A DNA stretch of 64,000 bases from Candidatus Binataceae bacterium (GCA_963803045.1 CAWDLC010000015.1:10947-74946); one strand, 5' to 3'; counted from the first letter of the stretch, positions 48,940-60,017 are shown. Numbers and translations are program-made. Notes: generated by a model not told the origin, from the letters alone.

Positions 48940-50205
48940 CTACCGATCGCGGACGAATCTGCGCGTCGCGGCATTCTTTCGAATGAACATCAACGACCAA
49001 GGATGTGTACCCAGGAGGCGCGAGGAGTCGACCAGTCGCCGCTCGAAGAGAAATTCGACCGCCGGGTTCATTCGGCGCGGCAGCCAGTTCAATTTGCCTG
49101 CCAGTTGAGAAACGTCAGCGGTTCCCTGTCCGTTTACTAGCTCTGCGGCGACCAAACGCGCGTCCTCAGAGGGATTCCAGTCCTTGAAATACTGGTCGAA
49201 CTCGGTAAACAGAGCCGCTTCAGGATACAGCATCGTGAGCCCTATTGGATCGTCGGACAACGTCCTCGAACGGCCAACAAGGCCTCGCGCCTCCAACTCA
49301 TCGACGGCATCGACAATGTCATCATCGCCGAGCTCCGTTGCTTTACGTATTTCGTTCGCACCGAGTTGAGGATCGAATTTGCCGCCGTGCTGTGATCGCT
49401 CGACGAATAACCGGACGATGGCTTCAGCTGCAGGCGAGAGCCCCAGCTTGCCGGACGTTTGCGAAATTGTCTGCGGCGGCGGGCCAAGGGGCGGTTTTCT
49501 CGAAACGCCATGAATCCAGTCGATGACCTCGCCAATGTCTTTTTCGTAGTTCTCTAAGGCCGGCGCATGCATCGAGCGTAGGAGCGGAGAAAGCCGTTCT
49601 ATCGGCAACTCGGATCGAAGCGGAATGAATTTGCACCGGCTCTCTACCTTGGCGACGAATGCAGCATCAATCTCGGCGTTCACCCAGGGCTTCCCCACGC
49701 TCTCGGGGGTCAGGAGCACGACAAAATGGGTACAGTTTTCAAGCCCGGTATCGATCTTCATGCGGATGCTGTCTCCGGGGCCAATCTCCCACCTGTCGAA
49801 GAACGTATCGATCCCTCGCCGCTGAAAATCCTTCGCGATGCGCTCAGCCAATTCTTTGTTTTCTGAAGCATGACACAAAAACGCGACGGGCGCCTGTCTT
49901 TTGGCATCGGTTTCCTCAGTCATTGTGGAGTCTCCGACTGCGTCCGCCGATTCGAAACTTTGGCCTAGCCGTTGCTTCACAAGCTCGACAACGGCCGGCG
50001 AGCCGTTTACGACGAACGAAAGGTTCTTTAGACTGCCCCCGCGAACGGCGACCGTGGGAAATTCGCCGGTCTCCGGATCACGGATTCCAGCCAGCTTTGA
50101 ATGAATGGTGCGCTCTAGTTGCTCAAGAATGGCCGCTTCGAGGGCGTCCCCGATGTTCGCTGGAGTCACCTGCCGCCCATTTATTTCAAAACTGAGCTTG
50201 AGCAT
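48940..50205 (-). CDS. TIR-domain protein with unknown N- and C-terminal domains
   Basis: 421 aa; central TIR: VAFLCHASENKELAERIAKDFQRRGIDTFFDRWEIGPGDSIRMKIDTGLENCTHFVVLLTPESVGKPWVNAEI (conserved Glu in WVNAEI). Confidence 0.75.
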   Translation of the reverse strand: MLKLSFEINGRQVTPANIGDALEAAILEQLERTIHSKLAGIRDPETGEFPTVAVRGGSLKNLSFVVNGSPAVVELVKQRLGQSFESADAVGDSTMTEETDAKRQAPVAFLCHASENKELAERIAKDFQRRGIDTFFDRWEIGPGDSIRMKIDTGLENCTHFVVLLTPESVGKPWVNAEIDAAFVAKVESRCKFIPLRSELPIERLSPLLRSMHAPALENYEKDIGEVIDWIHGVSRKPPLGPPPQTISQTSGKLGLSPAAEAIVRLFVERSQHGGKFDPQLGANEIRKATELGDDDIVDAVDELEARGLVGRSRTLSDDPIGLTMLYPEAALFTEFDQYFKDWNPSEDARLVAAELVNGQGTADVSQLAGKLNWLPRRMNPAVEFLFERRLVDSSRLLGTHPWSLMFIRKNAATRRFVRDR

Positions 50206-50297
50206 GAATCTAGTCTAGCGAAGATCGTGTCTGAATCGAGTCGTCGACAGCCGACGTTGTGCACAGGTTTGTAACGCCAACCCCAAAAGGCATCAGT

Positions 50298-51017
50298 CTA
50301 GCTCGTCATATCCGACAAGAAGCCGCTCGCACTGAGCTCTTGTTCGTAGGCATCCTTCAGAGCGCGTGCCCAGCCACCGACGACGTCACCCAGTCGCGCG
50401 ACCTCGTTGAATGCCGTCGCTTCGCCGAGAAGCGACGCATACCCGCGCCTGAAGTTCCCAGTGCAACCGGACTGGGCGCCAAAGGCTTCAATAATTGCCG
50501 CAGTCCGTTTTTCGTCTTCGCGCTGCAATTCCGTCCAGTCGAGCGGCCACTCATCGCGATGCTTGAAGTAGTTAGCAAAAGCGTTGATCGCTTCGACCGC
50601 AGTATATTTTGTCGAGCCAACTTTCGGGGCCGCCGCCGCACGTATTTCGTGCTTGGCTCCCTCAATCCCCAACAGTACTTTGCTTTTGGTCTGGCGCTCG
50701 TGCCATTCGTGAAGTCGTTTACAGTGCGAGATCACGCGTGTGATTTGTGTCTGCGCGACGACGAACCCGAGCCCAAGGAAGTTTTCGATAGAATCGCACT
50801 CTTCGTCGATTAGCCAATCCCGCTCCTGCTTTTCCATCTTATCCGATCGCTCGATTGCTTCGATGGATGAGCGGATTGCGTGGCCGATAGGCAGCAGCAT
50901 CTGTTCGAGGTCCCCGCCCTCGATATCAAGGTGGAGGACCCAGAGCGCGATACGATACGATGCGTAAAACTTAGTGCTCATGGTAAATTCACCACCGAAG
51001 CCACCAAGATATTTCAT
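50298..51017 (-). CDS. hypothetical protein upstream of the TIR gene (possible Rx4H HEPN-like motif RLHEWH)
   Basis: 239 aa, no confident domain call; 92-bp gap to the TIR gene on the same strand. Confidence 0.4.
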   Translation of the reverse strand: MKYLGGFGGEFTMSTKFYASYRIALWVLHLDIEGGDLEQMLLPIGHAIRSSIEAIERSDKMEKQERDWLIDEECDSIENFLGLGFVVAQTQITRVISHCKRLHEWHERQTKSKVLLGIEGAKHEIRAAAAPKVGSTKYTAVEAINAFANYFKHRDEWPLDWTELQREDEKRTAAIIEAFGAQSGCTGNFRRGYASLLGEATAFNEVARLGDVVGGWARALKDAYEQELSASGFLSDMTS

Positions 51018-51331
51018 CGGCGGTGACGGCTCAATCGCTAGCCGTCCGGAAATCGCCCAGCAGCCCTATGGAAGCCGAGGCGCGGAGATCGAACTACTCA
51101 CGGATCCGGCTTGATTGTCCTGCATTGTGGTAAAAGCCACAGCGCCGACAATGCACACAAGCAGCGACAGCACGCCGAAACTGATGACGCCAGAGCGGTC
51201 CGGACGCGCTGAAGCTAATCCTATTTGCAGAATTTCGAAGCCCTTCATCACCAGATAGAGAGCCAGTAAGTCTGTTAAAATCTGCAACATTCCGACCATC
51301 AGAATTTCCCTCCGTCCAACCGGGTTTGCGG

Positions 51332-51598
51332 TCAGGATTTGAATTCGGCCTTCAGGCGCTCAGCGACGAACATCTTCAGCAGTGATTGATAGGGCACGTC
51401 GCGCTTGTTCGCCAGGAGCTTCAGGCGATCCAGCATCGGTTTGGGCAGGCGGATCGAGATGGTCTGAGACGAGGGCTTGAGGTTGGGCGGCGTTACGCGC
51501 TTGGCCTTGCGCCAGTCGATGTAGCCGGTCGAGTCGTGAGAGGCCCAAAACTCGCGCTCGGCATCTTCGGTCCTGAATTTCGGTACAGCTTTTTTCAT
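51332..51598 (-). CDS. BrnA-like antitoxin (RHH), no BrnT partner detected
   Basis: …FWASHDSTGYIDWRKAKRVTPPNLKPSSQTISIRLPKPMLDRLKLLANKRDVPYQSLLKMFVAERL matches COG3514/BrnA. Start probably M16 of the listed ORF (MKKAVPKF). Confidence 0.6.
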   Translation of the reverse strand: MKKAVPKFRTEDAEREFWASHDSTGYIDWRKAKRVTPPNLKPSSQTISIRLPKPMLDRLKLLANKRDVPYQSLLKMFVAERLKAEFKS

Positions 51599-51915
51599 GA
51601 TGACTGATGCCGACAGGTTACGCCGAGGCGCATCGCGGACCAAGGAGATGACGCCGCATCAGGCTACGGATGGGCGATTTCGCGGGGCGCGCTGTTGTGC
51701 AAATCAAGCGATCTGAGTTCGGAATGAGGCGGGAAAAGATCCGGGGTCGCTGCGCTTCGGTCGGGATCGCGGAGGAATCCGGATGCCGGTCATCAGAAAA
51801 AAAGGACATCTTTGTAATTGGACCCTCACCCGCGCCTCGACGACTTGGCGCGACCTCTCTCTGACAGAGAGAGGCTAGATCCGGAGCCGGGGGCATCGAG
51901 GTATGCGTGCGAGAT

Positions 51916-51992
51916 TGGTGCCCCCTGCGGGATTCGAACCCACGGCCCCAGGATTAGGAATCCTGTGCTCTATCCATCTGAGCTAAGGGGGC
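51916..51992 (-). tRNA. tRNA-Arg (anticodon CCU)
   Basis: Minus strand reads GCCCCCTTAGCTCAGATGGATAGAGCACAGGATTCCTAATCCTGGGGCCGTGGGTTCGAATCCCGCAGGGGGCACCA: cloverleaf, anticodon loop TTCCTAA, encoded CCA. Confidence 0.85.
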
Positions 51993-52169
51993 ACCGGACA
52001 AGTGAGAAAGTTACGCCGATGCGCATCGCGGACCAAGGGGACCATGCGTCATTCTGACGCTAAATGAAGAGGGGATGCGAAACCGGGATTTCGCGCGGGC
52101 GCGCGCTGTTATACAAGTCATTAATCGCGCTCGGCAACGGGATCCGATCGCGGCAGGAAACAAAAAAAC

Positions 52170-53858
52170 ATGGCAGACAAGGACAACAAGAATTCGCTCC
52201 GATCCAACAGCAGCGGCCTGGTCGATGGACCGTCGCGCGCGCCGGCGCGCGCGATGCTCAAGGCCGTCGGCTTCACCGACGAAGACCTGGGCAAGCCGCT
52301 GATTGCGGTCGCGCATACGTGGATCGAAATCATGCCCTGCAACGCCCATCTGCGGGATCTCGCCCAGCACGTGAAGCGCGGAATCCGCGCCGCGGGCGCG
52401 ACACCGATCGAGTTCAACACGATCGCGGTGTGCGACGGAATCTCGATGGGCACGCATGGAATGCGCGCGTCGCTCATAAGCCGCGAAGTGATAGCCGACT
52501 CTATAGAACTCACCGTGCGCGGGCATCTGTTCGACGGCGTCGTGGCGATGTCGGGATGCGACAAGACAATCCCGGCGACCGTGATGGCGTTGCAGCGGCT
52601 CGATCTGCCGTCGCTGATGATTTACGGCGGATCGATCCAGCCCGGGCGCTTCGGCGATCAGGATGTTTCGATTCAAGACGTGTTCGAAGCGGTGGGGGCG
52701 CATTCGGCGGGCAAGATGAAGCTCGAGGACCTCAAGCGGCTCGAGGACGTTGCGTGTCCGGGAGTCGGCGCATGCGGCGGCCAGTTCACCGCCAACACGA
52801 TGGCGACGGCGACTGAACTTTTGGGTATCTCGCCGATGGGCTCGAACAGTATTCCTGCGACGGATCCAAAAAAGCCCGAGAGCGCTTTCCAGGCCGGGCG
52901 GCTCGCCGTCGATTTGCTCAAGCGCGACATCCGGCCGAGCCAGATAATCACCCGCAACGCGCTCGAGAATGCGATCGCGGCGGTCGCGATGACGGGCGGA
53001 TCGACCAACGCGGTGCTGCACCTGCTCGCGATCGCGCACGAGGCGGGAATCGCGCTCGATATCGACGACTTCGACCGGGTCAGCTCGCGCACCCCGCTGC
53101 TCGCCGACTTGAAACCGGGCGGGCGCTTCCTGGCGACCGACATGTACAAAGCCGGCGGGATTCCGCTCATCGCCAAACGTCTGAAGGAAGCCGGGCTGCT
53201 CCACGAAGGCGAACTCACCGTGACGGGCAGAACGATTGGGGTCGAAGCCGACGCGGCGCGCGAGACGGCCGGACAGGAAGTCGTGCATTCCATCTCGAAG
53301 CCAATCAAGGAAACCGGCGGGCTGGTGATTCTCAAGGGCAACCTCGCGCCCGAAGGATGCGTGGTGAAAGTCGCCGGGCATGAGAGGATGACGCATCGCG
53401 GGCCGGCGCGCGTCTTCGACTGCGAAGACGATGCGTTCAAGGCGGTGTCGAAGCAGCAGATCAAAGCCGGCGACGTCGTCGTGATCCGCTACGAGGGGCC
53501 AAGGGGCGCGCCCGGGATGCCGGAAATGCTGGGTGTCACGGCGGCGCTGTCGGGACAGGGCCTGGGAGAATCGGTCGGGCTGTTGACCGACGGACGTTTC
53601 TCGGGCGCGACGCACGGGCTGATGGCGGGGCACGTCGCGCCGGAAGCGGCGGTCGGCGGTCCGATCGCAGCTATTCGCGACGGCGACGTGATCACGTTCG
53701 ACATCGCCAAGCGGAGACTCGACGTCGATCTCACCGATGCGGAGATCAAGACGCGGCTGAAGAGCTGGAGAGCGCCGGAGCCTCATTATAAGAGCGGCGT
53801 GATGGCCAAGTACGCGCAGTCGGTGTCGTCCTCGTCGCGCGGCGCTGTAACCCATTGA
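52170..53858 (+). CDS. ilvD: dihydroxy-acid dehydratase
   Basis: 562 aa; …[11 protein letters not shown]…, …SGCDKTIPA…, C-terminal …[26 protein letters not shown]… canonical IlvD. Confidence 0.95.
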   Translation: MADKDNKNSLRSNSSGLVDGPSRAPARAMLKAVGFTDEDLGKPLIAVAHTWIEIMPCNAHLRDLAQHVKRGIRAAGATPIEFNTIAVCDGISMGTHGMRASLISREVIADSIELTVRGHLFDGVVAMSGCDKTIPATVMALQRLDLPSLMIYGGSIQPGRFGDQDVSIQDVFEAVGAHSAGKMKLEDLKRLEDVACPGVGACGGQFTANTMATATELLGISPMGSNSIPATDPKKPESAFQAGRLAVDLLKRDIRPSQIITRNALENAIAAVAMTGGSTNAVLHLLAIAHEAGIALDIDDFDRVSSRTPLLADLKPGGRFLATDMYKAGGIPLIAKRLKEAGLLHEGELTVTGRTIGVEADAARETAGQEVVHSISKPIKETGGLVILKGNLAPEGCVVKVAGHERMTHRGPARVFDCEDDAFKAVSKQQIKAGDVVVIRYEGPRGAPGMPEMLGVTAALSGQGLGESVGLLTDGRFSGATHGLMAGHVAPEAAVGGPIAAIRDGDVITFDIAKRRLDVDLTDAEIKTRLKSWRAPEPHYKSGVMAKYAQSVSSSSRGAVTH

Positions 53859-54628
53859 GGGAGTCAATCGAAACGGCGCGGCAGTATGCGCGCGCGCGCA
53901 TGCGCCGGGCGATGGCGCCAGCGCTGGCGGCATTCGCGATGCTCGCGGGCGTTGTCGTTGTCGGCGCGAATTCGATTCGTGCCGACAACGACAACGATTG
54001 GCACGTCGTCGAGCGGCATACGATCAACGCGCCGGCCGACGCGAGCGCGGCGCCCGCCGCCAAAGCGGCGGGCGGCGCGCTCACGCCGTGCGGCGAAGCG
54101 GCGCGGCCGGCGGGCGAGCCGTACAAGACGATCGTCGCGCAGCTCAACGATATGTGGGGCACGAAGTTTCAGGTTTATGAATCGCTCAAAGCCGGCTCGC
54201 CCCACGCCCATAGCGGCGGATGCATCTTCTACAACCAGCAGTTCCTCGACAGCCTGCTTCAACAGTGGATGAGAATCGACGACCCGGACGCCATTCGGCC
54301 GATGCTGTACGCGATCTTCGCGCACGAGATCGGCCATCTCGCGCACGGCGACTTCGATCCCGGTCAGGACAAGGTGCCGGTGAAGAATAAGGAACTCGCG
54401 GCGGATCAGTTCGCCGGCTACTCGCTCGAGCGGATCGGAATTCGCCGCCTCGATCCGGTCGAAGTGACGCGCTACTACCAGCTCACAGGCGACGACTTCG
54501 TCGGCCAGGCGTCGGGGCATGGCAGCAGCGAGGAGCGCACGACGGCCTTTCAGAACGGATGGCATCGCGCCGAAATCGGACTGCCGGAACAAGGCACGCA
54601 GCCCGCGGGCGGACTCGGCGAACCGTAG
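53855..54628 (+). CDS. putative secreted zinc metalloprotease-like protein (HExxH)
   Basis: 257 aa; signal-like N-terminus; [11 protein letters not shown] motif. Confidence 0.45.
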   Translation: MRESIETARQYARARMRRAMAPALAAFAMLAGVVVVGANSIRADNDNDWHVVERHTINAPADASAAPAAKAAGGALTPCGEAARPAGEPYKTIVAQLNDMWGTKFQVYESLKAGSPHAHSGGCIFYNQQFLDSLLQQWMRIDDPDAIRPMLYAIFAHEIGHLAHGDFDPGQDKVPVKNKELAADQFAGYSLERIGIRRLDPVEVTRYYQLTGDDFVGQASGHGSSEERTTAFQNGWHRAEIGLPEQGTQPAGGLGEP

Positions 54629-54652
54629 GATCGGAGCCGCAATTCCCGGAAC

Positions 54653-55648
54653 ATGAGTGCCTCGACAATTTCTAATCCATCGCAGACCGCTGACGACGCG
54701 ATTGGCGGCGAATCCGGCGCGATCGAAGCGCGCGCTCTCGGCTTTCGCTACGGCGATCGCGACGCGCTCACCGATGTTACTTTTTCGATCGCACGCGGCG
54801 AGATATTTGGCTTCCTGGGACCCAACGGCGGCGGCAAAACCACTTTGTTCAAGTTGCTCTCGACGCTGGTGCCGATTCAATCGGGAAGTGCGCGAATCTT
54901 CGGCCATGACCTGGCGGGCGAAACCGGCGCGGTGCGCCGCCGGCTCGGCGTCGTGTTTCAGCATCCGAGCCTCGATGGCAAGCTGACGGTCGGCGAAAAC
55001 CTGGCGTATCATGGCCATCTATATGGAATCACCGGTAGGCGGCTGCGCGAGCGGATTGCGCCGATGCTCGAGCTGCTCAGTCTGTCGGCGCGCGAGCGCG
55101 ACCGGGTAGAGACGTTGTCGGGCGGACTGCAGCGCCGGGTCGAGCTCGCCAAGGCTCTTCTCCACGAGCCGGAGCTGCTGCTGCTCGACGAGCCCAGCAC
55201 GGGGCTGGATCCGGCGGCGCGCCGCGAGTTTTCGAATTACCTTAAGCACCTGCGCGAGCACGAGCGCGTGACCGTCGTGCTGACGACGCATTACATGGAA
55301 GAGGCGGAGCGATGCGATCGTATCGGGATCCTGCATCAGGGCAAGCTGGTCGCAATCGCGCCACCGGGTGAACTCAAGTCCGAGGTCGGGGGTGACGTGG
55401 TCGTGATTCGGGCAGAGGCGCCCGAACTCCTGCAACGGAAAATCCTCCAGCGCTTCAAGCTCAGGAGCCAACTGGTGGACGGCGCGATCCGTATCGAACG
55501 AATCCGCGGGCATGAATTGGTTCGCGACTTGATCGATGCATTCGGCGAGGAGATCGAATCGGTCTCGTTCGGCAAGCCAACTCTCGAGGACGTATTCGTG
55601 CACCTGACCGGGCATCAGTTCTTCGCGAATACGGCGCAGACGGAATAG
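54653..55648 (+). CDS. ABC transporter ATP-binding protein (ABC-2 type)
   Basis: Walker A GPNGGGKTT, signature LSGGLQRRVELAKAL, Walker B LLLDEPSTGLD. Confidence 0.85.
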   Translation: MSASTISNPSQTADDAIGGESGAIEARALGFRYGDRDALTDVTFSIARGEIFGFLGPNGGGKTTLFKLLSTLVPIQSGSARIFGHDLAGETGAVRRRLGVVFQHPSLDGKLTVGENLAYHGHLYGITGRRLRERIAPMLELLSLSARERDRVETLSGGLQRRVELAKALLHEPELLLLDEPSTGLDPAARREFSNYLKHLREHERVTVVLTTHYMEEAERCDRIGILHQGKLVAIAPPGELKSEVGGDVVVIRAEAPELLQRKILQRFKLRSQLVDGAIRIERIRGHELVRDLIDAFGEEIESVSFGKPTLEDVFVHLTGHQFFANTAQTE

Positions 55649-55654
55649 ACAGGG

Positions 55655-56440
55655 ATGCGCGAAATTTTTCTTCAGGTCGCAACGCTCTGGCAGCGCGAGA
55701 TCGTGCGGTTCATCCGCCAACCGATCCGCGTGATGAGCGCGATTGCGACGCCGCTGGTTTTCTGGCTGCTGCTCGGCGCCGGCCTGCAAGCGTCATTCAA
55801 GCCGAGCGGGATGCCGGCCGGCATCGGCTACGCGCAATACTTCTATCCCGGCGTGATCGTTTTGATGCTGCTGTTCACGGCGATCTTCGCGACCGCCTCG
55901 ACCGTGGACGATCGCCGCCAGGGTTTTCTGCAGGGCGTGCTGGTCGCGCCGATCTCACGCGCGACGATCGTGCTCGGCCAGGCACTTGGCTGCACGACGC
56001 TGGCCCTGATGCAGGGAGCTATCTTCCTCGCGATGGCGCCGCTGGCGGGAATCCGCCTCAGCGTCGAAGCGATCGCGGTGTCGGCCGCGATGATGGCGGT
56101 TATAGCGTTCGCGATGACCAGCATCGGGCTGGCGATGGCGTGGCGAACCGAATCCACGCAGGGCTTCCACGCGTTTATGAACATGCTCCTGCTTCCCATC
56201 TGGATGCTGTCGGGCGCGGTCTTTCCGGTGGCAGGCGCGCCGGCATGGTTTCAGTGGACGACGCGGTTGAATCCCCTGACCTACGCGGTGGATGCGCTTC
56301 GGCGGGGACTCTATCTTGCGGAGCCGGCCTTGAGCGGCGCGACGATGCCGATGGGATCGTCGGTGGCGATTGCGATCGCGTTTGCCGCGTTCGCGTTTCT
56401 ACTGGCGACGCGGGTCGCGCGCAACGCCTCAACGATTTGA
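55655..56440 (+). CDS. ABC-2 family permease
   Basis: 261 aa, 6 predicted TM helices, adjacent to the ATPase. Confidence 0.8.
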   Translation: MREIFLQVATLWQREIVRFIRQPIRVMSAIATPLVFWLLLGAGLQASFKPSGMPAGIGYAQYFYPGVIVLMLLFTAIFATASTVDDRRQGFLQGVLVAPISRATIVLGQALGCTTLALMQGAIFLAMAPLAGIRLSVEAIAVSAAMMAVIAFAMTSIGLAMAWRTESTQGFHAFMNMLLLPIWMLSGAVFPVAGAPAWFQWTTRLNPLTYAVDALRRGLYLAEPALSGATMPMGSSVAIAIAFAAFAFLLATRVARNASTI

Positions 56441-56668
56441 GGGCGATTCCGCCCGCAGGCTTGCGCAGCGCGCCGTCGAGGCTAATCGTCTCGCCGCCTG
56501 CGGCCTTAGCAACGCCCCACCCTGTTGCCAAACTCGACGTTGGGGTGCGCGCAATTCAAGATAACGCGCAGTTGATTTGATAGAGGACACAGTTTGTTGT
56601 TAGTCGGTTGACGGGCTGCTAGGTTGCGGTGGGATCGTAAGCCTGTCCTCAGGTTGGAGGGATTTCAC

Positions 56669-57073
56669 ATGCAGCGGAGCTTGTTGATTTTCCTTTTTTT
56701 CGTATCGGCGGCGGTCGCGGCGTGCGCATCGCAGGGCGCGCCGGGCGGAGGCGGCGGTTCGACGGACGTAGTCGTACTGAATGGATGCCGCGTCGATCCC
56801 GCGCGAATTTGCGACAACATCCGCGGCAAAAGTGTGGACATGAGCCGCACCGGGTTGCAGGCTGATCCGCGGACGGTCGAGCAAAATACGACGCGCACGG
56901 CGAATCTCTTCGTTCCGGTGAAGAGGCTCAACGGCGACGAAATCTTCGAAGTTGAATGCGGGATCAACACGTTGAACCAGTCCGTTACCTGGGCGCATAT
57001 CAAAACCGGGCCGCCGGTCACGGACGAGGACGCAAAGTTCCTGCGCGCGGGGAACTACTGTTCCGAGCCGTGA
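56669..57073 (+). CDS. small lipoprotein
   Basis: MQRSLLIFLFFVSAAVAACASQG… lipobox; Gly-rich linker. Confidence 0.45.
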   Translation: MQRSLLIFLFFVSAAVAACASQGAPGGGGGSTDVVVLNGCRVDPARICDNIRGKSVDMSRTGLQADPRTVEQNTTRTANLFVPVKRLNGDEIFEVECGINTLNQSVTWAHIKTGPPVTDEDAKFLRAGNYCSEP

Positions 57074-57083
57074 ACGGTACTTC

Positions 57084-58148
57084 ATGCGATACTTCAAGTT
57101 TGGAATTCTGCTTGTTGTCGCAACGATCTTCATGGCCATTCGAGCCGGCGCGCAGCAGCCCGCCACTACAGCATCGCCCGGAGTGCCGCCCGATTTCGCA
57201 TCCAGCGCCAAGGCGCGGGTCAATTACTATCGCGCGATGGCGAAGCTGCGGCCGATCGTCGATGACCCCGCCATAAGCGCGGGCGCGTACAATCACGCGC
57301 GCTATCTCGTCAAGAACGGAATCGCCGGCGGCGATATCGTTCTCGACGGGCAACAACTGCGTACTCACACTCCGCAGGACGCTTTCCGATGGGAGGTCAA
57401 AGGCAAGCCGTTCTACACCGACGACGGCGCGTCAGCAGGCAGGAACGCGGTAATCCTGGCCGCGCGGGAGATCAACTTTAGCGGCGCGGAATTCGTCGAT
57501 CGCTTGATGACGATGCCGTTCAGCGGCCTGATTCCTATGGTACCGCAGTTTTCGCTGGCTGGACTCGGCGCATACTGCGACCCGGGTCAGTGCGCGATCG
57601 TGATCCCGTACCGCTTCGCGTTGGAGAAATCCGTGCGCATTGCGCTCTACGACGGACCCGCGAGCGATCGATTCTGGAATCCGACCCTCGGACTCATTCC
57701 GTTGGAGACGGGACGGTTGAGAGCGCCCGTCGAATTTCCGCCCGATGGCGCCAGCGTTAACTTTCAATCGTATCCCGGCGGCGACTATCCCGATCCGTTG
57801 GCTTCGTGTCCCGGCTATAAAGCTCCCACTGGCATTCCGATCTCGATTCAACTTGGACAAGGTTACGGCCCTGACGGCAGCCTCGAAGTGTCGTCGCACT
57901 TGGTCTCGCGCGATGGTGTCGAGATCGAGACGTGTCTGATCACCGCGGCGTCGTACCTTGGCCGCAACGCGGATCAGACCCAGGTTACCAGGGCGGGACT
58001 CGGGCGCGGCGGCGCGGCGGTGATCCTGCCGCGCGAACCGCTCGCGCCGGGCAGCTACAAGGTCGCTTTGGAAGAAGCCGGGAAGCTCTATGAGTGGGGC
58101 TTCACGGTCGCGGCGCCGGCTAGTCCCGCGCAATCGGCGACTCGCTAG
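57084..58148 (+). CDS. secreted CAP/SCP-domain protein
   Basis: Signal peptide; …ARVNYYRAMAKLRPIVDDPAISAGAYNHARYLVKNG… resembles the CAP/SCP/PR1 domain. Confidence 0.55.
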   Translation: MRYFKFGILLVVATIFMAIRAGAQQPATTASPGVPPDFASSAKARVNYYRAMAKLRPIVDDPAISAGAYNHARYLVKNGIAGGDIVLDGQQLRTHTPQDAFRWEVKGKPFYTDDGASAGRNAVILAAREINFSGAEFVDRLMTMPFSGLIPMVPQFSLAGLGAYCDPGQCAIVIPYRFALEKSVRIALYDGPASDRFWNPTLGLIPLETGRLRAPVEFPPDGASVNFQSYPGGDYPDPLASCPGYKAPTGIPISIQLGQGYGPDGSLEVSSHLVSRDGVEIETCLITAASYLGRNADQTQVTRAGLGRGGAAVILPREPLAPGSYKVALEEAGKLYEWGFTVAAPASPAQSATR

Positions 58149-58187
58149 CCGCGGATTCGTAACGGCCGAGCGCCGGGTGCGCAAGGG

Positions 58188-59075
58188 TCAGCGATCGCCT
58201 TCATGCTCGAGGGCGACGCGCGCGGCTTTCAGTTCCTGGCGTTTGGCGGCGCCGACCATCGGATAGTGGAGATTGAGTTCTTCGAGAGCGCTGATGATCG
58301 CGTCGGCCACCACCAGGCGCGTGTACCACTTCTTATCCGCCGGAACGACGTACCAGGGCGCGTGCGCAGTGGCAGTGCGCTGGATCATTTCCTCGTAGGC
58401 CGCCATGTACTCGTGCCACCGTTCTCTCTCCGCGACGTCGGAGGCCGAAAACTTCCAGTTCTTGGCGGGCTCTTCGAGACGGCTCAGGAAGCGCTTTCTC
58501 TGTTCCTCCTTCGATAGATTGAGAAAGAACTTCAGGATAATGACGCCATTGCGCGACAGATAGTGCTCGTGCGCGTTGATATCGGCGAAGCGTTCATTCC
58601 AGATGTTCGGGGTAACGAGCGACGGCGGCGTCCGTTCTCGCCTGAGCAACTCCTTGTGCACGCGGACGATGAGAACCTCTTCGTAGTAGGAGCGGTTGAA
58701 GATTCCGATTCGGCCGCGCTCGGGGACGCACTTGGAGGTCCGCCACAGGAAGTCGTGATTGAGTTCTTCGGCGGAAGGCTGCTTGAACGAATAAACCTCG
58801 CATCCCTGCGGATTGACGCCGGACATCACGTGCTTGATGGCGCCATCCTTGCCGGCGGCGTCCATCGCCTGAAAGATGATCAGAATTGCCCACCTGTCCT
58901 GCGCGTAGAGCTTGTCCTGCAAATCGCTTAGCCGCTCGATCCCGCGCGCCAATTCTTTCTCGGCGCGCTTTCTCGATTTCAGACCGCTGCTGTCCCCGGG
59001 GTCGAAGTCCTTCAAGCGAAATTTGCGGCCGTCATCGACGCGGTATGGTTTTGAGAAATCGCGCGCGGCTGACAT
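58188..59075 (-). CDS. polyphosphate kinase 2 (PPK2) family
   Basis: …[29 protein letters not shown]…[30 protein letters not shown]… PPK2 motifs. Confidence 0.85.
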   Translation of the reverse strand: MSAARDFSKPYRVDDGRKFRLKDFDPGDSSGLKSRKRAEKELARGIERLSDLQDKLYAQDRWAILIIFQAMDAAGKDGAIKHVMSGVNPQGCEVYSFKQPSAEELNHDFLWRTSKCVPERGRIGIFNRSYYEEVLIVRVHKELLRRERTPPSLVTPNIWNERFADINAHEHYLSRNGVIILKFFLNLSKEEQRKRFLSRLEEPAKNWKFSASDVAERERWHEYMAAYEEMIQRTATAHAPWYVVPADKKWYTRLVVADAIISALEELNLHYPMVGAAKRQELKAARVALEHEGDR

Positions 59076-59405
59076 CAGGATGCGCTCCTCCTGTTCGGTC
59101 GCCGGTTGATTATCCCCGGCACGTTTCGGCGGACCCCACGATCGTTACACCACGCCGCGTCCGGCAGTCGAGCGCGAGCGCCCTCCCACCCTTGAGATTT
59201 GCGATCGCCGCAACTGCTGTCGGCGCGGGATCGCAATCGGGGCATGCGATAAGCGAGCCTAATTTAACATTGCAATGTGATGAGCGTAACTTCAGCGTCT
59301 ATGGACGATCGCGCAGCAATTTGCTAGACGGACGGGCTGGTGTTCGCCCGCTTGTCTGCTTCGAGCGACGGAAGCCACTTAGACTAACTCTCGTGGAGGG
59401 GAATT

Positions 59406-60017
59406 ATGAACCGCAGGATTGGCATAACGCTTGTAACGACGCTGCTCGCGGTGTTTGGGATCGGGCATGTCCGCGCGTTCGTCACGCACGGCCGGTTCGA
59501 TTGCACGGTGGCCGCAGCTCAGCAGAGCTGGGACGACGATGGCGCCGGCGACGCGGAGGCCTCGTCGATTCCCGAGAAGAAGACGAAGCCGAGCGTCATC
59601 AAGTTCAATGGCTCGGGCACATTCGATACCACCCCCACCACGCCTTGTTCCGCGGATAAGTGCTTTTCGCTTACCGGCAGCGTCACCGTAACGAGCTTTA
59701 GCGGGCTAGGGACGGGCGGTGTAACGGGCGATGGCACGCTCGACAACTGTAAAATAAAGAAGGCCGCCAAGAAGGAATGCTGTACGTTCGCCTCGACTCA
59801 GACGTATACATTTTCGGACGGTGTCTTAGACATTATGTTTGCGGGCACGATTTGCGGGAAGACGCCAACAAACATAAAGGCGAAGAATGCTCCGTTTGAG
59901 ATTACCGACGGCAGCGGGTTGTTCGCAGAGGCGAGCGGCAAAGGAAAGGCGACCTTCATCTACAACGAGGATACCGGCGCGGGCACGTTCAGCTTTAAAG
60001 GCAAACTCAAGGAATAA
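59406..60017 (+). CDS. secreted Cys-containing hypothetical protein
   Basis: 203 aa with signal peptide. A degraded duplicate of its C-terminal motif (…YEITGTYKWKGCGRDKTLKGDYGTFEITD*) lies at 60199-60294. Confidence 0.45.
   Translation: MNRRIGITLVTTLLAVFGIGHVRAFVTHGRFDCTVAAAQQSWDDDGAGDAEASSIPEKKTKPSVIKFNGSGTFDTTPTTPCSADKCFSLTGSVTVTSFSGLGTGGVTGDGTLDNCKIKKAAKKECCTFASTQTYTFSDGVLDIMFAGTICGKTPTNIKAKNAPFEITDGSGLFAEASGKGKATFIYNEDTGAGTFSFKGKLKE

Noticed and set aside
51066-51299. 77-aa membrane ORF as the missing BrnT toxin
   Set aside because: Hydrophobic two-helix protein, unlike the soluble BrnT/DUF497 fold; kept only as a possible operon member.
52011-53933. 640-aa Arg-rich ORF on the minus strand
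   Set aside because: Antisense to the well-conserved ilvD gene in high-GC DNA; composition (R/A/G/P-rich, no domains) is typical of a spurious ORF.
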